Source of the DNA: Octopus vulgaris
Taxonomy: Eukaryota
Reading direction: 5' to 3'
Assembly (NCBI GenBank): GCA_951406725.2
Contig: OX597835.1
Span: 48,484,001-48,548,000 of the forward strand
Length of the DNA stretch: 64,000 bases
In this document: one piece after another, positions 27,956 through 41,576 of the stretch
Numbering within the stretch: the stretch's first letter is position 1
Layout of the letters: the number at the start of each line of letters is the position of its first letter
Notes under the pieces: model-generated
What the model was told of the DNA's origin: nothing
Databases searched by the model: none
What the model saw: only the letters and a program-made list of their open reading frames with translations
Position numbers and translations under genes: made by a program

Positions 27956-28894
27956 CGTCATGCCAATTATCAGGTACAGCTAATATTTCAATTTAATGTC
28001 TGATGATTCGAGCGACCAATCCTTCTTCATAAAGGAATGCAATCAAATCATCCGCCATTCGATCGAAGAAATGACTGTGTTTTAATCACGCCGCGCTCTA
28101 AGAAAATGGCAGAAAAATGTCTTTGAGCGTTCAATCGTTATCAAGATATTTTTGTAAAGTGTCATGGAGGCAATCGCAATCGTGAAGAGATGTTGTCATT
28201 TGATCTGACAGAAATAACCACCACCAAAATAGATTTGATTCCTCAGTTAAAAGTCAATTTCATCGTGATCATCAACAGCAACAAAACCTCATTTATCGAA
28301 TAAAAGTCTTACAGAGTCATTCGAACTCAAATAGAATTGATCGACCATCTTGAAGGCAACTTCATATTTCGGAAGCGTCCAGTGAAAGAAACTGGGCGAG
28401 AGCTTCTCTACGGTGCCTCAACCTACTAAAACTAGAACGCAGTCACCCTCGAGTCACAATCTGTAATATTATAATGTAGACATCGATGTACTACATTTGT
28501 TTTTAAACATAGGAATTGTCAGAACTAGAATGGCTATAATCATAAGTTTGCTTGAAAATGGATAACTTGGTGTTCAACGAAATTAACCAAGACATCCAGT
28601 GAATCATAAATGTTGAAATTTCCTTCTGCAAGCTGCTGAAAAATCGTTTCGATCTTTTTATGGAACTACGAGAACTTCTGATGGGCTCCATCAATGTCAA
28701 AATGATGAAGAGTGTAGAATATGATTGGGGCGAAGTAGTGAAGCTGTCTGTATATGACATTAGGGAGAAAGATGAACGATTTAAAAATTTTCGAGAAAAT
28801 TAAAGAGGGTAGAACTGAATTAGAGATTCGATTTCTGTTGTAACTACATCGAGATATTGATTTCTTGCATAGGAAGACAAAGTTAAATGTGAGT

Positions 28895-29340
28895 TGGCGG
28901 TGAGCTGACGGAATGGTTACCCCACTGGGCGAAAGGCGTCTGCTTTTACATTCCGGGTTCAAATTCCGCAATGCTCGATCGATTTTGCCTTTCACCCTTT
29001 CGAGGTGAATAAAATAAGTACCAGCTGAATACAGGTGTCGATGCAATCGACAGGCCTCCTTGCTCTAAACTTCGGGCCTTGTGCCTATAATAAAAAGGTT
29101 TGCTATTAATATTGTTACTATTATTTAAGGCGGCGAGCTGGCAGAATCGTTGGCACACTGGGCAAAATGCTTATTGGTATTTCGCCCGTCTTTACGTTGT
29201 GAGTTCAAATTCCACCGCAGCCGACTTTGCCTTTCATCCTTTCGGGATCGAGAGCCTAATTATCAGGTGAGCACTGGGGTCAATGTAACCAATTCACCCC
29301 CACCCCTGATCTTCCTGGTCTCGTACCAAACTTTGAAATC
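28895..29340 (+). mobile_element. Head-to-tail pair of SINE family B copies (28895-29098 and 29127-29340)
   Basis: Two ggcgg.gagctg.c.gaat.gtta heads, each followed by gttcaaattcc and tttgcctttca.cctttcg. Confidence 0.85.
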
Positions 29341-29373
29341 ATCATCATCATCATTATCATTATTATGATTATG

Positions 29374-29470
<97 letters not shown>

Positions 29471-29472
29471 AT

Positions 29473-30108
29473 GCCTTTGCACAGCTTCTAACGCTGCAGA
29501 TGTACTACAGTGTCAACTGTTTACTACCAGTGAACTAAGGTAACACCCCTTAATTTTCGAGCACCTTCCGGAGTATCCGAGCGGTTCCAAGCAGTGCTGT
29601 TTTCTACAAGTGCTCCACCTTATTGCAGCCCCTATATGTTCCATGTATTACTCACTGTTCTCAGGGCTCCGACAATTATTGGTGTTACTGCTACCTTTTT
29701 TATCGACCACAACCTCTTATCTTCCCAAGCTAACCTGTCATATCTATCGACTTTTTTTTCTTCCTTATAACATACCTTGTTGTCAGCTGGGAATGCTGTA
29801 TCTATGATCCAGCATCGTTTGTTTTCTTTCTCAATCACACTATGTCTGGCTTCCTATTCTTTATCTCATGGTCGCACTGAATCATAAAATCCCGCAGGAT
29901 CTTTGCGTTATCATTTTCGACGATGCCTTAAGGTTTGTGGTCATACCAATTTTTTTGTATGTCTAGACCATACTTGTGGCAAAATATCCAATGGACAAGC
30001 CTTGCTATATTGTCGTGGCGTCTCTTATATTCCTTCTGGGCTTGTGGCGTACATTGGCTCGTAATATGCCATACGGTTTCACCATTTTGTCTACCGATTC
30101 TGCACTTT
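29473..30108 (-). mobile_element. 5'-truncated R4/Dong-clade non-LTR retrotransposon (CCHC plus restriction-like endonuclease plus 3' UTR)
   Basis: KCRIGRQNGETVWHITSQC..EYKRRHDNIA..W..KP...KRCWIIDTAFPAD..PIIVGAL...TALLGTARILRKVL; embedded in TAA/TAG tracts. Confidence 0.9.
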
Positions 30109-30121
30109 ATTATTATTATTA

Positions 30122-30535
30122 TTTACTCTGTTTTTACTCTTTTACTCTTTTACTTGTTTCAGTCATTTGACGGCGGCCATGCTGGAGCACCGCCTTTAGT
30201 CGAGCAAATCGACCTCAGGACTTATTCTTTGTAAGCCTAGTACTTATTCTATCGGTCTCTTTTTGCCGAACCGCTAAGTTACGGGGGCGTAAACATACCA
30301 GCATCGGTTGTCAAGCGATTTTTTGGGGACAAACACAGACACACATATATATATACACATATACATATATACAACGGGCTTCTTTCAGTTTCCGTCTACT
30401 AAATCCACTCACAAGGCTTTGTTTGACCCGAGGCTATAGTAGAAGACACTTGCCCAAGGTACCACGCAGTGGGATTAAACCCGGAACCATGTGGTTGGTA
30501 AGCAAGCTACATACCACACAGCCACTCCTGCGCCT
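30122..30535 (-). mobile_element. SINE family A, full length
   Basis: Reverse complement of 11558-11973 from the (ttactctt)n tail to ccacacagccactcctgcgcct. Confidence 0.93.
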
Positions 30536-30566
30536 AATTATTATTATTATTATTATTATTATTATT

Positions 30567-31117
30567 GAGTGAGAGAGCAGTTCATGCCATCAAAGTGACA
30601 CTGGGGTAAAATATACGAAGCCCAATATACCCATCATGACAACCCGTCTGATAAGGGTACACAAGACACATGCATCACAACCATATGTGCGCGACATGGT
30701 GATCTCATATCAAGATAAACAGCACATGACCTTGCAGGTGGGGCCCAGTTAGAATTTTCTTCAGGTTGAGTAGCCCATCCCGCTCAAAAGGTCCCTGAAT
30801 AAGGGTTGTTTAAGGATTTTGAAAGAACCACCCATGTTTCCAGAGGTGAATTATTCAAACCCCAAAGAATCCCTCTCAACACATGGCTATGATGCTCCCC
30901 CACTTCTGCTCGTGATCAGAGATGCACATATCGTCAGCCACTAAGGGACATGCTCAACTGGTTAAGGTCAAACAACTGACAAGCAAATCTGTGGTATTGA
31001 GCAGAATATTTGCTGTAGCCCATCTTTTATACCAAGACAAAACAATGTACATGATAACACTTCCAATCAGTTAAGATCAGAAGCCATGAGAGCCTCTGCC
31101 TGGTACTGCATCAGGGC

Positions 31118-31120
<3 letters not shown>
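30567..31120 (-). mobile_element. ~550-bp non-coding element inserted in (TAA)n, probably non-autonomous and R4/Dong-dependent
   Basis: Sharp boundaries into TAA tracts on both sides, no ORF, sits between two Dong fragments; strand inferred from TAA polarity. Confidence 0.55.
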
Positions 31121-31189
<69 letters not shown>

Positions 31190-31205
31190 CATCATCATTA
31201 TTATT

Positions 31206-31792
31206 CCTTCGGAACACAGAGAGGTAAAAAGCACCGGAGTTTTTAATCATCTGTCAAGTCACAACAAGGAACTTGGACAACAAGGACAGACAATACTTTC
31301 CTTAAGGTGTGTCCTGTTCCCAATAAGGCTGCTTTTTGCAAGACATCAATATTGCATGGGATTTCCCGTTGCCTTAAGTCTTGAAGTTTCAATGGGATTG
31401 AGGCCAAAGCTCCGATCACCACTGGTATATCTTTTACATTAGCGTCTCTCATTCCATATAGTTTTGCCATTTCCACTTTCAATTCGGAGAACTTGGTGAT
31501 TTTTTTCTACTTCTTTACTCACAACATTCATGTCTTTTGGTATGGCTACATCAATGATATGACAGTATTTGTCTCTGTTATTCAATATGGCTATATCCGT
31601 CCGATGCTGTTCGTTCCGTCTGAAAATCATTGTCCCTGTGTATCGTTACTTTTCCATCTTCCTGCATATTTACTTGATGCACATGCCACTCCTCTGTTAC
31701 TTCATGTTGGTATTTACGGCATAAGAGCCAATGAAGAAACACACACACACACTTTATTGTGGAGGCTTTTGTATTCTTTATGTGCAAGGCTC
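31206..31792 (-). mobile_element. 5'-truncated R4/Dong-clade element, second family (RLE domain)
   Basis: LHWLLCRKY..EWHVHQ..DIAILNNRDKYCHIIDVAIPKD..IPVVIGAL..LQKAALLGTGHTLRKVL; flanked by TAA tracts. Confidence 0.88.
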
Positions 31793-31857
31793 TCACATCA
31801 TCATCATCATCATTATTATCATTATTATTATTATTACTATTACTATTATTATTATTA

Positions 31858-31922
<65 letters not shown>

Positions 31923-32103
31923 ATTATTATTATTATTATTATTATTCATCTATAAATTCGTTGTTTCTTCTGCTGTGGTCCTTCTTGTTAACAACGGCAG
32001 ATTGGTAGAACTCTGGTGTTGGTAGATTCATGAACCACTCAAGTACTTAGGGGGTTGTATAATAGGCTAATCTCCTATTAAACAATTGGCGGGTCTGTGT
32101 CTA

Positions 32104-32152
<49 letters not shown>

Positions 32153-32723
32153 CAACAACAACACCAACAACAACAATAACAATAGTTAGAAGAAGAAGAA
32201 GAAGAAGAAGAAGAAGAAGAAGAAGAAGAAGGAGAAGAAGAGGAAGAAGAAGAAGAAGAGGAAGAAAAAGAAGAAGAAGAAGAAGGAGAAGAAGAAGACG
32301 AAGAAGAGGAGGAAGGAGAGGAAGGAGAGGAAGGAGAGGAAGGAGAGGAAGAGGAGGAGGAGGAGGAGGAGGAGGGGGGGGCGGCGGCGGCGGCAGGAGG
32401 TTGGAGGAGGCGACGAGGAGGGGGAGGGGCAGGAGGAGGGGAAACCTGAAGAGTTCCATTGAGCTCTTCAGCATCAGAAATCAACACGTTGATCTAATGG
32501 TGTTGCTCCTGGAGAAAACAGGATCGTTTAAATTGTTCCCAACATAGACTTGAAAATTTTCATAATTTTTGTGGATGTTTTTTTTTCAAGTCATTTATTC
32601 GCAGCATGAATGCTTCAATCCCCACCCACAATCCTTTTTCTCCATTCTTCCTCCACCACCTTTCTTACTCCCATTGGCACAGCCCATCAGAGGGTCCCTT
32701 GATTCTGGAAAATATAATTATAC

Positions 32724-32901
32724 CTTATCATCTTGAGAGAATTGGCAAATTATGATACAGCAGAACAAAAAAAGGTAAAGGATCACCTGGCTGATGGTCC
32801 GTGCTATATTTTGCTTTTTCTTACTCTTTAGAATGTCTCGAGTGAAGATCCCTGGGTAATAATAATAATAATTTTCACTCCAGTAGCTCAGCAATGAAAC
32901 C
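32724..32901 (-). CDS. Candidate coding exon with a predicted transmembrane segment
   Basis: tgtag|G...AAG|gtataa boundaries; open frame (R)[59 protein letters not shown]; non-repetitive sequence; no confident homolog. Confidence 0.3.
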
Positions 32902-32987
32902 CTACATACATATATACACACACATTTTTTTTTACTTTTACACACACATATATATATATATATATATAGGTTTATATTATTTGTATG

Positions 32988-33043
<56 letters not shown>

Positions 33044-33235
33044 CATATATATGTGTGTATGTATGTATGTATGTATGTATACACAAAGGAGTTCATCACC
33101 TTAAAAAAACTATATTGAACTATAAAGAAAAAGGAAAAGGGCGGCCGTTCATTGTTTCGCATCCTTGCGAAGTCATTATTTTTGTATCATTATCCTATCA
33201 AGTACAAATACGTAAATCAATAAATAAATCAAATA

Positions 33236-33271
<36 letters not shown>

Positions 33272-33370
33272 AATAATAAAGAATGAAATATAAAAAACAA
33301 ACTTTCAAAATACGAAAAAATATTGCTTCCTTTTTCCCCGAAAGTTACCATTTTTCCTCATCTTGTCCTT

Positions 33371-33709
<339 letters not shown>

Positions 33710-33975
33710 GCTCTTGTTGTTGTTATTGTTGTTGATGATGTTCCTATTATTACGACCATCTTCATTATCATCATTGTCATCATCGTTCTAGTAAATGACT
33801 CACACAGAATTAACCACTCTTGAGAATACGGGATCCTTTCTTTTTACTCATTTACTTATTATTATTTTTTTGTTGTTGTTTTTAATTTTGCTTTGTTTTT
33901 CTTTCGTTCCGGCGCCAAAAACAAGAAAGTGGAATCTATTTAGAGAAACCCCCAAATTACTCACACACTCTGTCT

Positions 33976-34063
<88 letters not shown>

Positions 34064-35708
34064 CTCTCCCTCTCTCTGTCGCACACACACACACACACAA
34101 ACAAACTTATACGCAAAAAAGTGCAAACCCACCTCCTTTCTTCCCCCATCTTCACCTCAAAGACTCCTCATAATTGGCCCGTGTCCCTCTCTCTCTCTCT
34201 CTCGCTCCCTCCACTACTTTCTGCTCTATCCTTTCCTTTCTCTTCACCCTACTCCACCCCCATATCCTCCCTCACACACAGCGTATTTTTTAAAAGTTTT
34301 TTTTCCACATCTTCTTTTTGCACTTTTTTGGGGTTTTTTTCTGAAGAAGAGTAAGTTCTCCTGAGACTTCCGGTCATCAGGAAAAGACACCAAAAAGTTT
34401 AACACATTAATCGGTAAAAAATGCTATCAACTCCTGTTACGGTCAGTGGCTCTGTATCTTTTTATATGTAAGTGATTACAGACTTCTAACCACGGGATAT
34501 CTCAGCCCCCTCAGCGCCGCCAACATCCCGAACACCACCACCACATCAATGACTAAACACCTTCACAAACCTCCTCACCGACAAATGACTCCGACATCAC
34601 CGCTATCCCCATCGTCAATTTCCATTCTCGACATCCAGCCACAATCAGCCACCATCACCAACTCCGCCGCCGCCACCACCACCACCACCACATCCACAAT
34701 CTTTTGTAATCATCGTCACCATACATATCGTCACCATCATTTTAATTATCATCATCATCGACATCGTCATTATTGTTATCATGGCCATCGCTGCCGCCAT
34801 TTCATTTACCATGAGAATCATCCAGATCACGGCGTCCCACACATTACCATTACCATCATCATCGTACACATCATCATCGTACACATCATCATCGTTATCG
34901 TCGTCATCCTTGTCATCGTCATCACCATATTACCCATCATTCCCCGCATCGGTGCCACCGACACTTATATCCAATACCACCACCACCGATATCACTACCT
35001 CCACCACTACCACCACCACCACAAACTCTGCGTCCTATTCATTCCTCACATACATATCAAATAAAATATAAAATAGAATGTGTGTGTGTGTGTGTGATCA
35101 GCAGTACGTTGCGGAAATGACCCAAGAACCTAGAGTTTCGTCACCTTTGATCAATACATTCTTCAAAATGGTGCCCCAGCATAGCTGCAGTCTAATGATT
35201 GAAACAAGTAAAACATAACAGGAATAAGATATATATATATATAATTGAATAAATTTTAGATTTATATTTTTTTCCTTTATTCTATAGACCAGCTGTTGTG
35301 TTGATGTGCATAGGGTTTGTAAGGACTCTGCACTCTCTGTGAATGTGATTGTGACCACTTGACATTGACCTAGTTCTCCTAACGCTGAATCTGTTCATCA
35401 AATAGTAGTAATAGACATTTAGTAGTGATAATGCTGTCTTCCATATAAATTCCTTATTTGGAGCTCTGAAACCCCCTTTACCCCATTTCTATAATTAGAA
35501 AATCTTTATTGTCTCCTTCGACTTATTCTTCCCTCTCACAACCTTACAGTAGTTTGGATCAACCAAATCTTAATCACTCAGTTGATGGGCTCCACTACCT
35601 CAAATGTTCTTAAAATCTAAATCCACATCTTTGTCTATATATATCTACCTTCTCTATAATGTTGCCACTTGATATGAACATTTTTGTATTAATGGAAAAC
35701 CTCTATAA

Positions 35709-35794
35709 TTGGCTGATGAGTACTCGGCATTTTAAATATGTTGTAATACTTACAACATTTAATAAAATGATGTAGTACGAACCGATCGTACCAA
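35709..35794 (+). ncRNA. Type-I hammerhead ribozyme motif with long stem II and one core substitution
   Basis: Stem I ttgg/ccaa, CTGATGA (35713-35719), stem II gtact/agtac extended by catttta/taaaatg and atgttgtaa/ttacaacat, GAAcC-GATC-GTA (A15.1 to C); ~30 bp upstream of a TA tract. Confidence 0.75.
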
Positions 35795-35823
35795 ACTACC
35801 GGAGTCATTCTTGTTGCTATTTG

Positions 35824-35906
<83 letters not shown>

Positions 35907-35910
<4 letters not shown>

Positions 35911-36212
35911 GAGGCTGAGTCAAAAAGTAATGCCATTTTCTTAAGGACAGCTGTAATTAACAACACAGGAACATGTACCATACATCAAAATGAAGCTGGT
36001 CCTCTGTGGATCACATCCCTACTCATCAACACAGTCGCCATTTCTCTCAATAGCAATGTTCCACCTTCGAATGAGAGCATGTATCCCTGCCCCGTCAAAT
36101 TCTGTTGACTGTTCTTTGAGCCACTTCTTCACTACAGTTTTCACTTCCTCGTCACTGGAATAATGTTTGCTGCTCAAACTCTCTTTCATGGGTCCGAAGA
36201 GCTGATAGTCCA
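35907..36212 (-). mobile_element. mariner transposon 3' fragment with TIR
   Basis: DYQLFGPMKESL..KHYSSDEEVKTVVKKWLKEQSTEF..GIHALIRRWNIAIERNGDCVDE*; TIR-like cgaggctgagtcaaaaagtaatgcc adjacent to TA. Confidence 0.88.
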
Positions 36213-36317
36213 GTGACGATGATATATATATATATATATATATATACTATATTATATTGCATTGTTTTATATATATTTTATTATATTATAGGTTAAGATA
36301 ACAATAATAGTAATAAT

Positions 36318-36404
<87 letters not shown>

Positions 36405-36406
<2 letters not shown>

Positions 36407-36899
36407 AAGGAAACGTGTGGAGTCTCCTTATGGGCTAATAATGATACATCTAGTGATGGTGTCACAATAAAAACACTGATAATTGCGCAATCTGATAATC
36501 GCAACCTCATATGAGTGACAATGAAACAACAAAATATTGTGAATAACGGTGGTAATAAAACTGAAGTCAATGATGGTGACAGTGTTACACCTGGTAGGCT
36601 CAGAGATTCTGGCCCGGCTCCAGCCTGTCGATACCCAGAAAGGGACCACCACACATGGCGTAGATGGAGGAAACAAATTAATGCTGTGGTCATGGAGTGT
36701 CACTACCTGAGTAACCTGGTAGATGACGTGGAACAAATAGGGGCTGCAATAAGGGTGGAGCAATTGCAGGAAAACCACTGCTTGGAACCGCTCGAATACA
36801 CCGGAAGGTACTCGAAAAATAAGAGCTGTTACCTCAGCTCACTGGTAGTGAACAGCTGACACTGTAGTACATCTCCAGCTTTAGAAGCTATGCAAAGGC
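36405..36899 (+). mobile_element. Internally deleted R4/Dong derivative (5' end fused to 3' end)
   Basis: N-terminal-type RRWRKQINAVVMECHYLSN joined at ~36727 to the C-terminus and 3' UTR matching the reverse complement of 29473-29640; TAA tracts on both sides. Confidence 0.75.
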
Positions 36900-36959
36900 A
36901 ATAATGATAATAATAATAATAGCAGCCATATCTTTAGTACCAATTACGGTAAAAGTGTT

Positions 36960-37950
36960 TCTGATACCAACCAACGAAATAGTACCGCGCTAAGTTTTTC
37001 CAAGGAATCTGGAATATTTATGATCTCATTTATTAATCTTTACATTAAAGGTACTAATGACAATGAGAAAATCGAATACATTGGGGGTGGACTGCAGGGA
37101 TCCATTCTAAAGCCTAGCATACCCTCTAACCATGTTATATCCAGTCTCCATATAGCGAATGCTTCCATCCCACATAGGTCTGGTTGCAGCTGCAAGTCTA
37201 TCAACAAACGCACTTTGTAAACTAATTGCAAAAGATTCAACGTGGTTTATAAATGGATGGTTCATACCATACTTCTCAATCCTCCTCGGTACTCTATTGG
37301 GAGCTATGATTAATTCCAAGCAACGATATTCGGCGCATCTGAATTCGTTTAAATACGAAGATCATAGCAAATCTGTTTCTCTAGCTGGCTGTGTGCATTA
37401 TCTTAAGAGAATGAAGATATCTTACAGCATAACATGGTCCATCCTAGACTCTGGTCCTCCATACTCCTTGTTGGCTATGCCTAAAGGAATCCTCACACAT
37501 CTTGTTACACAACCACTTAATAAGCAACACAAAGCCTTCTCCACGTGTAAACATGGATTCCTTAGCTCCTTCAATCTGTTCCACAGGTTCAAGTGTAAAG
37601 AAACCTAGCACTTCGGATTAAGCCTAACTTCTAGCTTAACCATATTTACTTATCTGCTACCGCCACACACATCACCCTTCACCGTTACTTTATTTCATGA
37701 TGCTTTTTCCTCCTAAATGTCTTCATTAATACTACGGATACTCAGTTCTTAATTTTTAATTTTTAACCTTATTTTTAACTTAAATTTGATTTTAATTTTA
37801 CAGTTATCGTATTTTATTTTTGTTTTTTTATCTTTTATTTTTTACGTTTATTCTTTATCACTTTTATGATATTAATTTTAATCCTTAGTTTTAAACCTCA
37901 AATCTTAAATCTTTTGCTTATTGGTATGGCATCTATTTCTAGCATTAACA
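36960..37950 (+). pseudogene. Penelope-like element 3' fragment (GIY-YIG) plus AT-rich 3' UTR
   Basis: GCSCKSINK..NCKRFNVVYK..RYSIG and KQRYSAHLNSFKYE..SLA..HYLK..YSITWSIL..PY..LN..FSTCKH; frameshifted. Confidence 0.8.
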
Positions 37951-38359
37951 CAAATAAGATTATCCCGAGTCGCCCGTTCCTTCTAATAAAACTGGCCGCC
38001 TTCTATATCTGACTTCTATTTGCTTTTCTTTTACGAAATGTATTGTATAACAAAGCCTTCCGTCTGAGATTCGTTCCACTTTAACACGAGTTGTGTCATG
38101 GAAACGATGGCCATGTCTGGAATATGGCTGGAATTTCTGATGGGACAATATGGTCGAGATTGCTTTTGTGGTAGTGGTGGTCACATTGGAAATCCTGTTC
38201 ATGTGGTTGTTATGGCGGTGTCAGCGAGTATTCTTGTTTTGACTTTCCCAGAGAACACTGTCTGGGAACATGGAGTGAAACAACCATTAAACGGGTTAAT
38301 CACATATATTTCCGTTCATATGCAGAAGGAGTTGAGTTCCTACAAATACAAACTCACCC

Positions 38360-38430
<71 letters not shown>

Positions 38431-38790
38431 CGCTTACACAAGCTCAGATACCCAGGCAAACATACGCATGCATAAATACACACATTGTATATGTATGTGT
38501 GACTTTATATGTGTCTGTATGTATATATATATGCATGCACACACACATATATATAAATATGCATATATATATATATATATACACAGATGCAGCACGGACT
38601 TTGTCAGTGAACAGGTCGCGGATTTTAGCGACGAAAATATTTTGACAAATTAAACTTAAATGGTGGAGTGAATCGAACGGCTTTTGTGTGTTTCTTAAAT
38701 GGCTTATAAACACCTTCCACGCTGCAATTGTTTTCGTTTCAGCACACGATCTCAGATCAAATTACTTGCTATGCGAGTACATCTCCGTAA

Positions 38791-38838
<48 letters not shown>

Positions 38839-38850
38839 TGCATATTTGTA

Positions 38851-38897
<47 letters not shown>

Positions 38898-39099
38898 ATG
38901 TATGTATATATACATATACATACCTAGATATGTGCATCCGTATATATTCTGTATTTATAAATGCAACGTGCATCTATGTGTGAATGTGTTGGTGGGGGAC
39001 AATTATTCAAGCAAATAAATGAATTAATGTTAAGATACATTGCATCGCATTCTTTTTCTAGTTTATAATTCCAAACATAATTTAAAATTCTAAGCATGA

Positions 39100-39150
<51 letters not shown>

Positions 39151-39545
39151 TGTGTATGTATGTATATATGTATGTATTTATGTATGTATTTAACCAGGAA
39201 AGCGATCACCAAATCCGACAAATATTTTCACAAACCGTTACTCATGTTTGCCGGAGTCACAGTTTATAAAGATTTTTTTCGATTTTAGCAAATAGCATGT
39301 GTGCGTGTTTGTGTGTGTGTGCGTGTGTGTGTGCTGCGTGCTTGTGTTTCTGTGTGTACGTGTATGCATATATGTATATATGCATGTATACATATACATA
39401 CATATATATATGTGTGTGCGTGTATACAAATATATATATATATATATTCACATATATGTGTTTATCCATATGTATAAATATATGTATGTATGCATGTGAG
39501 TATATGTACACATACGTATGCATACATATACATATAGATAGATAT

Positions 39546-39607
<62 letters not shown>

Positions 39608-39608
39608 G

Positions 39609-39703
<95 letters not shown>

Positions 39704-39789
39704 GGATACATAGGTCCCTATATCATTGTATTAACGAAACTGTTTAGTGTTGCTATATACCGCCAGTCACAGTACGCTTCTTTGCATTG

Positions 39790-39975
39790 CTGGAGGTTTT
39801 GAATGATGCCACTACGCAGGCTGGATGGGGCCACTCCATTGAAGTGTTACCCATTTAATGCTGGGTGAAACGAAGCATTTTGTACAGGAACTCAAAGAAT
39901 CGCTTTTTAGGGAATCGAAATCAAGATTTTGCAGTCATGAGTGCAACACTAAGCGCTAAGCAACACGCCTTTCCC
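39790..39975 (-). mobile_element. Degenerate tRNA-derived SINE
   Basis: Minus-strand head ggaaaggcgtgttgcttagcg..atttcgattccc and central ttcacccagcattaaatgggta. Confidence 0.5.
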
Positions 39976-40025
39976 ACACACGGACACATCGTTATACTGA
40001 TAGAGAGAGAAGGAGAGAAATATGA

Positions 40026-40064
<39 letters not shown>

Positions 40065-40080
40065 GATAGTCATAGACATA

Positions 40081-40490
40081 TACTCTTTTACTCTTTTACT
40101 TGTTTCAGTCATTTGACTGCGGCCATGCTGGAGCACCGCCTTTAGTCGAGCAAATCGACCCCGGGACTTATTCTTTTTGTAAGCCCAGTACTTATTCTAT
40201 CGTGCTCTTTTGCCGAACCGCTAAGTGACGGGGACGTAAACACACCAGCATCGGTTGTCAAGCAATGCTAGAGGGACAAACAAAGACACACAAACATATA
40301 CATAAACATACATATATATATACATATATACGACAGGCTTCTTTCAGTTTCCGTCTACCAAATCCACTCACAAGGCATTGGTCGGCCCGAGGTTATAGTG
40401 GAAGACACTTGCCCAAGATGCCACGCAGTGGGACTGAACCCAGAACCATGTGGTTGGTAGGCAAGCTACTTACCACACAGCCAATCCTGT
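40081..40490 (-). mobile_element. SINE family A, full length
   Basis: Nearly identical to 62800-63242. Confidence 0.93.
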
Positions 40491-41266
40491 GTGCGCACAT
40501 ATGCAAAACAGGGCGGAGGGGAGAAATTAGAATTTAAAAAAAAGTAATATGTGATAGTATTTTATTACGCTGAAAAACTTAACAAAGCGATCTTCAGAAA
40601 AAAGTGGACCTTCGCACCAATGCAACGGTTCATAAACGAGCATAAATGATGCGGTGATATTCTTCGTATAATCAAATAGCTGATTGGACAGGTTGTTCTA
40701 TTACAACCTAATTGGCTGTGGAGTTACACAACTCGTTTACGTAACATAAACGAGTTATAAAACATTGAACAATAAAGAAGAAAATGAATCGCAATGGTAC
40801 AACAAAATGGTCGTAATATTTGCAAGCAAGGAAAAATTTTGATCTGAAATCTTTAAAAAATTTCAGAAACATAAAAGGAATAATTTTGAGAACTTAAGAA
40901 GGAAATCGCAGAGAAACTGTTTGATTTCGAAATGCAGAAAGCAGGCGAAAACAATCATAAGAAGAAGATATTGCTCAATGGGAATTGGAGAGAAGTGCTG
41001 CAAAAAGATAACAAGAAACATAAGACGAAGCAGAAACAAGGCTCGAGGGAAAATCATAAGAAATTTTGTAATAAAATAAAACACAAAGAATAATATAGAG
41101 GAAAGCTTGAATTAAAAACGTTAAGACATGTATCTCTTTACAGAAGGGAAAGACGTAACTCCGCCATTTTCGACGGGCACTACCCTTGTATATATATACA
41201 TATATATTTGAATAGAGTGTAATATAAATAGACAGGCATAGATACCAATGTAGATATATAGATCAT

Positions 41267-41373
<107 letters not shown>

Positions 41374-41471
41374 AATTGTCGTAAGGAAGAACCCATTGAA
41401 TATATACTTAGAAACATGATCTATGAAAACACAGATACATATATATATATATACATGTATATATATGTATG

Positions 41472-41576
<105 letters not shown>

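Noticed and set aside
34549-35071. His/Ile/Thr-rich ORFs
   Set aside because: Degenerate (CAT/CAC)n low-complexity DNA that is open in several frames.
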